Positions 15,722-26,300 of a DNA stretch of 64,000 nucleotides are shown here, piece by piece. This stretch comes from Octopus vulgaris (lineage: Eukaryota), in NCBI GenBank assembly GCA_951406725.2, contig OX597838.1, forward strand, positions 41,602,001-41,666,000, given 5' to 3'. Both the position numbers and the translations under genes were made by a program. Numbering within the stretch: the first letter of the stretch is position 1; each line of letters begins with the position of its first letter. The notes below the pieces were generated by a model, which saw only the letters and a list, made by a program, of their open reading frames with translations, was not told where the DNA came from and ran no database searches.

Positions 15722-16023
15722 TGATAGAAATGGCAAGACAACAAAAGAAAGAAAGAGACCTTGATATTATGTAAATAGAGGAATTTATCTGTAAATGTAA
15801 TATGTGACAATTATTTGGTAGCCATGATAAGACTCCGAGTTTCAGATGCCGAGGTGGAAATCCTTGCCGCCATCTCTTCAGTTATTCGCCCAGCAAAAAA
15901 GTTTTTTCATAGCATTTTTTCCAATGGCCAGATAACTGAATAGTTGGTGGCATGGATTTCCACCTCGGCATCTGAAACTCGGAGTTTTATCTTGGCTACC
16001 GAATAATTGTTACATATTACATT

Positions 16024-16103
<80 letters not shown>

Positions 16104-16331
16104 GTTTAGTGCTGTCAGCAAAAAAGAATACTCCATACGACAACAAATAATAATAATAATAATATATTTTGATCAAGTCAGTCTCTGGCTGCTCTGAATT
16201 TCATTTGAGGGTCCACAGGGATTTCAGGTAAATTACGATTAATAGCATCTCCAAGTAAGTCATAATTTGCCAGGAGATCCTGAGCACCGACAAATGAAAT
16301 TCAGAGTAGCAAGAGACCGAGTCAACCAAAA

Positions 16332-16367
<36 letters not shown>

Positions 16368-17430
16368 CTGTGAGTGTGTATGTCTGTGAGTGTGTGTGTG
16401 TATGAGTGTGTGTGTGTACGCTTGTCAAAACATCATGTAATGGTTGTAAATGAGTATCGACGTCATACAAACAGTGTTGTTTGCTTCCTGTCGTCATTGG
16501 CAACAGGAAGGGCATCCAGCTGTAGAAAACCCGTCTCATCAAATTCTGCCTGCCCCATGCTGGGATGATGACAATGATGATGACGGCATGGATGTCTCCA
16601 GCCTTTGCTTCGGTTGTTTATATTTTCTAGAAAACACAAAGCTAGAGATTCCTAACCCTTTGCGTGGAATAGAATCCAAGTCATGGCGAATAGCTTTTAC
16701 AATTTCTCTCTCATCTTAACAGAAATATTTCATTTCGGCCAGAAACCTTTCCTTAAAACCTTCTACTCAGACTCTGACCCGTCTTCATTGCTTCCTCAGT
16801 CTCACGTACTTTACTATGATGCCTACGTCTACCTTCAGCAACTTCAAATCAACAGGTTTCATATACATGCTGTCAATAAACTCACCTCAACAGACAACTT
16901 TACCCAACGCCAATGCTCTTCCTCCCCATCTTTGCAGCAACCTCATATAAATGCCTGCAAATACGACACAGCATCATATGAATTCTTGCACGTTGACAAA
17001 GTGAGGTTCCAGTTTTGCTAATAAAATTCTTTTTGCAATCGTGGCATTATATTAGATTCTGTGTTTTACAGTTCACGTTTGCATTTCTTTGGAAGGAGAA
17101 TCCACTTTTAAATTTTAGAAGAACTGGGATCCAAATCTTAAAAATTGTTCTTACTGCATCTATGCACGTCTCTCATCTCCACAGTCTTTCACAGAGAATT
17201 CAGAATTTTGATGGGAATTTTGCAAAAAATTTGATGAAGCCTATAGCTAAGCAGCCTAATAGCTAATCACTCAGTGGCTAAAAGCAATTGATAAAATCAC
17301 TGACCCCTTTTATGACATCAGACCAATCCTCCCAGAAAATATCTTTTTACTTCTTTATTTTTTTATTTTATTCTTTCTTCTCTAACCAAGCCTCTAACAA
17401 TCTTTCGCATATGCTTTGTTTAAAAATTCA

Positions 17431-17501
<71 letters not shown>

Positions 17502-18997
17502 TTCAAAATGACAAAGAACATCTCAAATAACTACTCTCAAAACATCTTTTTCCAAAACTCAAGAAAACGAATCAAATTCTTGACTTTTTCAATCAACTCA
17601 AAAACATATAAAAAAGAAAAGTTTTTAATAAACCACAACACGAGTCCCTGGAGGACATCAAAATACCCAAGAAAAAAGTATTTATCGAAATTTGATCATA
17701 TATATATAATTGTGCACATGTGCATGTGTGTGCACACGTATGTGTATGCATGTGTGCACGCGCGTGTGTGTGCTTGTTTGTGTTATTCTAGTCTTGACAT
17801 CATGTGATGATCAGAAATGAACTTCATCGTCCCTCAAACGGGGTGGTCAGTTTCTAATGTCCCACACATAAATGTCTGGCCTTGCTTAGAATCAAGCGAG
17901 GTGAGGCAAGAGGACGGCCATAGAAAAGCTCTCTGCAAATTCTGTCGGACCCATGCCAGCATAGAAAAGTTGACATGAAAAGGATGAGGATGATTGTGTT
18001 TGATCAGGGCCAACCTAGGACCAAAAAGAAACAAAAGCAGTGACCACAACAGTGTCTTACCTGTACACTATTGCCCAGCTCTATTGGTTGAATGTCCAGC
18101 TGCTTCAGAACAGGTGGTGTGTTGGACAAAGAATACATCTGTTCTCCAATCTGTTTCAAGGGAGCAACAAGGTGTGGAGGGACGTAGTAGGTGGCCGGTG
18201 TCCAGTTGTACAAATTCCTTTTAGTTGCATGCTGGAACAGTGCTGACACGTGGTCTAAATGTCCATGGCTATCAGAAGGATTGGCGGCAACCAAAAACGA
18301 AAAAAAGAACAAAAAAAGAAAAGAAAAGGAGAAAAATTAATAATTTATTAAAATGTGAGCAAGTGCATGCATGTGTGTGCATATCCTTTCCCAAGTGCAG
18401 AGAAGGGGAGTATGGTACAGTTTAGTCTGGCCCCTGTAGATGTGTGTTCTAGAGATGATAATTGATCAAAGCCCCACTGAAAGTGAGATGCCCTCACCTC
18501 AAGGGGAGATGTGAAGATGTTGCAATCAATACATAACCTGAGAAGAGCTATAAGTACAGCAACCATCACCCAGCCTCCCACTTATATACTTCCAAGTCAG
18601 CAGCCAACCATCTTTCTTCCTCTCCATTCCTTGATTCTGCTCCACCACTTTCAGAGGCATTGGAAAGGAACCAAACTGACAAACTACTTGCTTTGAATTA
18701 CAAGGACTCAGGATTTTTTGTTCAAGTTGGGCTTCCATAGTGTGAAACTGATAAAAGATACATTTCTCCAGGATAAGAAGCTAGTTTTTTGGTAAGAACT
18801 GAACTCAGCAATAAAGTCCAATAAACGAATCCCTAATTTCCACCTTTCACGTCTTATATTCTCTTTGGTATCTAACTAAAGCTATGTGGACTTGACCGTT
18901 GACAATAAACTGTTTTTCCCACAGTGTAGTGTCACTGGCGGCAGTTGAACTGCTGACGTCTCACAATTTCACTCCTTCCCATCCTTACCAGTACTTA

Positions 18998-19064
<67 letters not shown>

Positions 19065-22000
19065 ACACACAAAGAGCAATGGCTTTCAGAAGAGTACAAA
19101 TAGGCTCACAGGGATGGACACTGAGGAACAAGGTCTATTGTTAAATATTTAAATACAGTCCATAATGCTAAATACCAACACAGTAATGTACTAAGCAAAC
19201 ACCAACTCCTTTTAGTTTGGGATTTTTACCATCCACATCCTTGTTATAATAATGATGATGATGATGATGATGATCTTTCTTTAGTTAACCAATCACTGCG
19301 TACAAACATCATTAAGGCTGAAGTAGACAAATCCGCAAAGAGTGCAAAGTGCATAGTTTGTAAGGAGAAAGGGGAATCCATTATGCACATAATAAGGTCA
19401 TGCAGTCGTTTGGTACAGAGGAATATAGACTCAGACCTGACTGTGTAGGCAAGGCACTACAATGGGACATATTAGTGCAAAGGGGATTTAAAGTGGGAAG
19501 AAAATGGTAAGAACATCAACCAGAAAGTGTAATAGAGAAGGACCTGTGTCAGGTTTTATGGGATTTTAATGCACAGACTGATTGCAAAATTCATGCCAGG
19601 TGACCAGATATTATGGTTCTGCACAAGGGGGGGGGGGAAGAGTGCCTCATCATAGATATGGCTATATCTGTGGACATGAATGTAGCAGTGAAAGAAGAGG
19701 AAAGAAAGATTTGGCAAAGGAAATACGATGACTAAGAAGGATTTCTACAAAGGTAATCCCACTTGTTATAGGTGTCCTACATACCGTCACCAACAGACTT
19801 AACAGTTCACTTATTGAGTTTGATGTAACTACAAGTGTTGCATTAATTCAGAAATGTGCTCTATTGGGAACAGCAAGGATTGTAAGAAAGGCCCTTAATA
19901 TCTAAGAAAACTGGTTGTGACCCAGTATCATGAATGTTGATTCTGAATGTAAAAGATTCATACACACCATAAATAATAATAATAATAATCGTCTCTACTC
20001 TAGGCACAAGACCTGAAATTTGGGGGGAGGGAGCTAGACAATTAGACTGACCCCAGTATGCAACTGGTATTTTTTTATTGACCCCCAAAAGAATGCAAAG
20101 CAAAATTGACCTTGGAGGAATTTGAAATGCTGCTAAGAATTTTGTCTGGGGTGCTAACATTTCTGCCAGCTTTCCACCTTTAATATTAATAATGACCATC
20201 CAAACTAAAAAAAAGTGGATCAAGGTGAACTGTCCAGACATAACAATAAAAGAGTGGAAGAGAAAAACATGCAGTCTGATATGACCCTGCTAGTGCTTCT
20301 GATGAAAATATTAGCCAGAAAGAGACAGAGAAATTGTCCAAATTCAAGGCTCTTAGAATTGAAATATTCAAGATGTGGGGCAGACGGTGGAAAGAATAGC
20401 AGCAGTAGTTGGGGCATTAGGTGTGATTAGAAATAATATGAAAGGAAATATGGAAGCCATACCAGGGCTCCAACACTACACACTGCCCCCCACAAAAATC
20501 ACTCTGCTAGGAACAGCTTATATCTTGTGCAAGGTAGCATCAACTCAATAGAATAACTCAAATAGAACAATCTTCACACACAACACACACCCGGCACAAC
20601 AAGCACCTAATGATCTAGAACAGCAGAAGCTCATGCAACATATAGTATACAAGATGAAGACTCGTTAAGGTAACGCACCTGACATTACACACACACACAC
20701 ACAGAACAAACACTAACGAACCAAGAACCTCAACCTCCAAAACAAAACAAACTGATGCAGCAAACCAACAAGAGGAGTCTTGACTGTTGCAGTCGCCACA
20801 AAAGTACGAACCCAATGGCACACACACCTCAGGAACATGGAGGCACACCAGGATAAAACTCACATGAAACTATCCAAGTAAAACTTATGAAAATAATAAT
20901 AATAATAATGATGATGATGATTTCAAATTTCAGCAAAAGACCAGCAGTTTTGGTGGAGGGGACCAGTCAATTATATCAACCCCAGTACTTAACTGGTACT
21001 TATTTTATCGACCCCCAAAAGGATGTAAAGCAAAGTCAACCTCAACAGAATTTGAACTCAGAATGCAAAGACAGACAAAACACCACAAGGCATTTTGTCC
21101 AGTAACAATTCTGTCAGCTCCCTGTCTTCAATAATAACAATAATCCTTTCTACAATAAGCACAAAGCCTGAAATTTGGGGGGAGGGGACTAATCAAATAC
21201 ATCGACCCCAGTGTTTCACTGGTACTTAATTTATTGAACTCTTCTCTGTTCGAGAACAGGCTTAAAGTATTCTCTATTATAGCGCCAAGAAGAGCACAGA
21301 ACATTGTCCATTCTAATTTTATGCCTGAATAACATCAAACATTGTTTATTCTTAAGAAACATAAACTGAAAGCCATACAAGCAATGGAGTGTGGAACGGT
21401 TCTTGCAGAGCAGAAAGGAGTTTTACAATTTTACAAATTATTTTTGGATTAAAAAAAAAAACTAACGATAATAAGCCATGTTGTTTTGTCTTATATTACA
21501 AGTCTTCTTTTCTACTCTAGGCACAAGGCCCGAAATTTTTGGGGAGGAGGCCAGTCAATTAGATCGACCCCAGTACACAACTGGTACTTAATTTATCGAC
21601 CCCGAGAGTATGGAAGGAAAAGTCAACCTCAGCAGAATTTGAACTCAGAACATATATATTTCTTTACTACCCACAATGGGCTAAACATAGAGGGGACAAA
21701 CAAGGACAGACAAACGGATTAAGTCGATTACATCGACCCCAGGACGCAACTGGTACTTTATTTATCGACCCCGAAAGGATGAAAGGCAAAGTCGACCTCA
21801 GCGGAATTTGAACACAGATCATATAGACAGACGAAACACCACTAAGCATTTTGTCCAGCGTGCTAATGTTTCTGCCAGCTCACCACCTTCTTCTATTACA
21901 AGTCTTGTCACATCTTGGATGTCATATGAGAATATTAAACATACCCCAGTACATGAGTGGTATTCCATTGACTAACATTTGCAGACAAAAAAGCAAAGCT

Positions 22001-22533
22001 GACTTCAGCTGGAATTGTATTTGGAATATGAAGAACTGGAATTCAATGCTGCTGCCATTTTGATCATATCCTGACAATGTTAGATTTTTATTTTAGGATG
22101 ATTAAAAATTAGAACCAATTCAGTCGACCCTCACCTATATGTGTGACCTTAATCATATAACATACAATTATTATTATTGACCATTTGCATGGGATTCCGT
22201 GCATGTACATATTACATATATTTGTTTCTTCGCAAAGCAGTCTTATCTTAATGAATCATTATCTTTTACACGTCTAATGAGGGAGCGTCTCAGTATTTGT
22301 CTGACCTGCTTAAAGGAGAATGACATTACACTCCCGTCCTTTCTTTGAAGTAGGCATCAAGTGTTTCACGGCTTACATTTTAGTGTAACACATTAAAGAC
22401 GGGCACGGCTGGATAACACTAACCACTTTGTTCGTTCTGCTGTCGCCTGCGTCATGTGTTCAGCAACAACAAGCGATAAACATTATACACACCGGTTGTG
22501 AACGTTGTATCAACATTCAAAACGATGACAACA

Positions 22534-22592
<59 letters not shown>

Positions 22593-23137
22593 GGCGGCAA
22601 TGATGGTATTAGCGAATTTTACATTGACAGCGATGAAAACTATGGCAAACTTGAAAACACCCACCTTATGAAAACATGTTTACATCGAACACTCGCTCGG
22701 GTGGCGTAACCGATATCAAACGCAACAGACAGACTTTTGTCTTCGATCGTCTGCACCACGACACTTGTTTCCACGCCTGAGAGGGACCAGGCGTGGACCT
22801 GGTATTTACCGCAGGGCATCCAGTCTTTCCGAAGCTTCGATATTGAAGTACATGTAGAGCTTTTGACCTTCGCAACATTGTTGTTCCGCTTGTCTGAGGT
22901 AGAGTTGTGATAGCAGCTGCTGCAAATCTTCATAATACCATGAATATCAAGTGTCTTTTTGCACCCAACAACCGGACTGGGGGCATCTTGGCATCTTGGT
23001 CTTAACAGTGAAAGACGTCTAACGGAGAAGAAAGATCGAGTCGAACGGTTTACACCGGCAGAGCGAAAAAGCAGCTGAAAATCACAGAAACATCGTAGAG
23101 TGAGGGTCACGGTAGGGGTGACACACCGTAAAGACAT
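9000..23137 (-). CDS. TRZ1: Short-form tRNase Z, TM-type (plant TRZ1/TRZ2-like metallo-beta-lactamase). Spliced CDS: 22665-23137, 18061-18268, 10010-10208 (or duplicate 10814-11012), 9000-9313; about 397 aa
   Basis: Exons join in frame with GT-AG sites in phases 2, 0 and 1 (total 1194 nt). Motifs in order: SLSGVET, FDIG, SHGHLDH (HxHxDH), TYHRVPSQGY, PEVAFTGDT, MEATY, GHTH, LLLIHMSDKY. Splicing creates both HVFI-S-HGHLDH and AFT-G-DTT across junctions. The symbol is a family-level assignment. Confidence 0.88.
9540..9855 (+). mobile_element. tRNA-derived SINE; sibling at 61055-61370
   Basis: A box tggccaagtgg and B box gagttcaat; body shared with 61055-61370. Confidence 0.7.
10010..10208 (-). 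CDS. TRZ1: tRNase Z exon 3, downstream duplicate copy
   Basis: Same 199-nt exon with intact acceptor and donor. Confidence 0.8.
10814..11012 (-). CDS. TRZ1: tRNase Z exon 3, upstream duplicate copy
   Basis: Acceptor ttttccattgcAG|, encodes VSSQYIVRPFATYHRVPSQGY...PEVAFT, donor G|GTAAGT; same translation as 10010-10208. Confidence 0.8.
11942..12210. repeat. (GTGA)n microsatellite
   Basis: Directly visible. Confidence 0.95.
13939..14030. mobile_element. 92-bp piggyBac-type MITE
   Basis: TTAA|ccctttagt ... actaaaggg|TTAA: terminal inverted repeat with TTAA target duplication. Confidence 0.8.
14460..14818 (-). mobile_element. tRNA-derived SINE, abundant family (siblings near 8690-8930, 10430-10780, 25555-25710, 46415-46730)
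   Basis: Shared gactgcggccatgctggagcacc and cttctttcagtttc...aaatccactcacaaggctttgg...cccaaggtgccacgcagtgggactgaac blocks. Confidence 0.7.
15031..15244. mobile_element. Longer, degenerate copy of the piggyBac-type MITE
   Basis: TTAA flanks; ends similar to 13939-14030 (aatctgaatgctaaagag|ttaa). Confidence 0.6.
15826..15886 (-). ncRNA. Type-I hammerhead ribozyme motif
   Basis: ataa-CTGAAGA-gatg...catc-t-GAAA-c-tcgga-GTC-ttat; stem I ataa/ttat. Confidence 0.65.
15930..15992 (+). ncRNA. Degenerate type-I hammerhead motif (mirror copy)
   Basis: agataa-CTGAATA-g...-GAAA-ctcgga-GTT-ttatct; G8 mutated. Confidence 0.45.
18061..18268 (-). CDS. TRZ1: tRNase Z coding exon 2 (HxHxDH metal-binding motif)
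   Basis: Acceptor ttctgatAG|C, encodes HGHLDHVSALFQHATKRNL...GNSVQ, donor CAG|GTAAGA. Confidence 0.9.
19280..19990 (+). mobile_element. R4/Dong-like (RLE-type) non-LTR retrotransposon 3' relic
   Basis: CIVCKEKGESIMHIIRSC (CCHC knuckle), VLWDFNAQTD, PDI, CLIIDMA, LLGTARIVRKAL; (TAA)n tail; many stops. Confidence 0.75.
20210..20560 (+). mobile_element. Second degenerate R4-like RLE fragment
   Basis: PDI..., ENISQKETEKLSKFKALRIEIFKMW, VVGALG-like segments across frames. Confidence 0.55.
21505..21890 (-). mobile_element. Cluster of tandem tRNA-derived SINEs (also 20920-21240)
   Basis: Repeated gtcgattacatcgacccc...ctggtact...atcgaccccgaaaggatgaaaggcaaagtcgacctc...aatttgaac. Confidence 0.75.
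22665..23137 (-). CDS. TRZ1: tRNase Z coding exon 1 (ATG at 23137; alternative in-frame ATG at 22933)
   Basis: ORF ...YQVHAWSLSGVETSVVVQ...VAFDIGYATRASVRCKHVFI; donor AG|GTGGGT at 22664. Confidence 0.82.
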
Positions 23138-24327
23138 TGTAGCTAAATTTTAAATAAAATATATTTGTGTGTGCGTGTATTCATACACATATATAAATGT
23201 ATTCTGAGTCTGTCTTTGAATTGAAAAAATAATAAAATACAAACGAGAGATAATGACAAATGCAAATCAGTTGAGAATTAACATAAATTCGACGATATTT
23301 ATAAATTATTAGCCTAGGTTTTTTTTCTTTTTTTGATAAGATGTGTAATTGAGTTTGATGGGAAATTTACTTTCGGTCGAATGAAAGTCTTTCGGAAGTA
23401 AATTATATATAAAACCACACAGGCTTATATGATGCAATACGTGTATTTATGTGGTATAGTGCAAAGCACATACGAACAGTGAACATCTATATTAATATGT
23501 ACGTGTGTGTGTGTGTGTGTGTTGAGAATAAGTTTGTTAGCAAATCGTTAATTAAAGGTAAAAATGAACAAAGCAAAAATTCCGATCAAATCTGCGAAAA
23601 TTCCTTAATGAATATTTCGTCGCTACTTGTCCATAACGGGAGCTGAATAAGGGGTGAATTCGATGAGTGAATGATTCGTTCAGTGCAGGGGTAAGATCGA
23701 TAGAAAAGGTTTGAAGCAGCGAAAGTTTGTGAGAGGAATCCAGTGGCGAAAAGGCTTGGCATGCTTGTCTCCATTGTGCTCAAGGGAGATCACTCTGAAT
23801 AGCATTGTTACGTAAACGTTACGAAAGAGGAGCCGAGGGTGTGTGAGTGGGTGGGGTGTGGCAGCAGCAGCAGCGGCGGCGCAGATGGATTTCGCCTTTG
23901 GTTGGGATGAGACAAGGGTGGATGTTTACGAAGGAGTTTGCTAAATCACGCTTATTACACATGTTAGGACATGTCAACGAAACAAGCAGCCAGGAAAAGC
24001 AGACAAAAAAAATAGTGCATGTCTGCCTGTACACACACACACACGCATATTTTATATACATACATGCATAGATAATGTGTGTGTGTGTGTGTAAATATTT
24101 ATACATGTGTATATATATATATATAAAATTATTGTTTTAGCCACTTAAATGCGGCCATGCTAGAGCATCGTCTTAAATGGTTTACTCGAACAAATCGACC
24201 CCAGAATAATTATTTCTAAAATCTGGCAATTATTATATTAGTGTCTTAGGCCGAACCGCTAAGTTACGTAAACAAACCAACAGCAGTTATCATGCAGTAG
24301 GAGGCGGGGATAATCACGGAGACACGC

Positions 24328-25190
24328 TCACACACACACACACACATACACATACATACATACATACATACATACACACACATACATACATGCATACATA
24401 CATACATACATACATACATACATACATACATACATACACATACATACATACATGCATACATACATGCATACATACATACATAGATACCCACATACATACA
24501 TACATACATACATACATACACACACATACATACATACACACACACATACATACACATACATACATACATAGATACACACATACATACATACATACATACA
24601 TACATACACATACATACATACATACACACATACATACACACACATACATACATACATAGATACACACATACATACATACATAGATACACACATACATACA
24701 TACACACACATACATACATGCATACATACATACATACACATACATACATGCATACATACATACACACACACATACATACATACATACATACATACATACA
24801 CATACATACATACATACATACATACATACATACATACATACATACATACATACATACATACATGCATACATACATACATACATACATACATACATACATA
24901 CATACATACATACATACATACATACATACATACATACATACATACATACATACATACATACATACATACATACATACATACATACATACATACATACACA
25001 CACATACATACACATACATACATACACATACATACATACATACACATACATACATACACATACATACATACATACATACATACATACATGCATACATACA
25101 TACATACATACATACATACATACATACATACATACACATACATACATACATACATACATACATGCATACACAGACATGCATGCATATGTG
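24328..25190. repeat. ~860-bp (CATA)n/(CA)n microsatellite
   Basis: Directly visible. Confidence 0.97.
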
Positions 25191-25398
25191 TATGTATGTG
25201 CTTGTATGTTTGTGTATATGTATGTATTTAATATCAGTTTCAGTCAGTGGAGGTTGGCCAAACTGGATTGCCGTTTTTAAGTGTTTGATTACACCAACCT
25301 CATACCGTCTTTATTTTATCATCAATATTTGTTGAATCGCTAAGTTACGCTTTTTGGCAGAAAGCTGTTTCTTACATAAACATGGACAAAAACGCACG

Positions 25399-25430
<32 letters not shown>

Positions 25431-25710
25431 TGCATGACCACAATACCAACAAGATCATTAATTTTGTTAATAGTGATGTTAGTGATGGTAGTGGCGGTGT
25501 AAGAACGCGAGCGCACGCGCGCACAATGGGCTTTCGTTTTATCCCTATTTTGACGTAGGCGTGGCTGGGTGGTAAGAAGTTTGCTCCCCAACCATATAGT
25601 ACTGGGTTCAGTCTCACAGCATGGCATTTTGGGTAAGTGCCTTCTACTATAGCGCTGGGCTGACCAAAGCCTTGTGAGTGAATTTGGTAAATAGAAACTG
25701 AAAGAAGCCC

Positions 25711-25771
<61 letters not shown>

Positions 25772-25926
25772 TGTGTGTGTATGTGTGTGTGTGTATATAT
25801 CTATATATTATAATTTTAAATTAATAATAGAAGGGTAAAATTTATTAATCAAATTGATTAATTAATTAATCATTTTACCAAGTAGATCGGTATGTTAAAA
25901 TAACCTTTATAAGTAAAATTATCCAC

Positions 25927-26300
25927 ATAATTATAATTAGGGTTCAGCTAATTGCTTCACCTCATACCGAATTTAGAAATAGGAGTTAAAATTCCTTTTC
26001 TGCTACTATAAGAATCTCTGTGATGATAAACATATTTTTTTACGAAGGCAAAGAGAAAAACAATGAATCACATGACCAGGATTAACTATATACGCGTTTC
26101 GAGATTAAAGTAATTTAAATTTTACTTACTTCTCTCTTCAGTATAGCATTTCGTGTTGATTCATTGTTTTTCTCTTTGCCTTCGTAAAAAAGTATGTTTA
26201 CCGTCATGGAGATTCTTATAGTACCAGAAAAGGAATTTTAACTCCTATTTCTAAATTCGGTATGTGGCGAAGCAATTAGCTGAACCTTAATTATAATTAT
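25927..26300. mobile_element. Fold-back element (~143-bp inverted arms) with a hammerhead motif in the spacer
   Basis: 25927-26070 is the reverse complement of 26157-26300. Confidence 0.8.
26086..26146 (-). ncRNA. Type-I minimal hammerhead ribozyme with intact core
   Basis: ctata-CTGAAGA-gag...ctc-GAAA-cgcg-TA-tatag. Stem I ctata/tatag, stem II gag/ctc extended by agtaa/ttact, palindromic stem III ACGCGT. Predicted cleavage between 26091 and 26090. Confidence 0.8.

Larger units (their letters stand above)
15790..16028. mobile_element. Fold-back element (~100-bp inverted arms) with a hammerhead motif in each arm; Penelope-like inverted pLTR
   Basis: 15790-15890 is the reverse complement of 15925-16028; (TA)n flanks. 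Confidence 0.75.
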
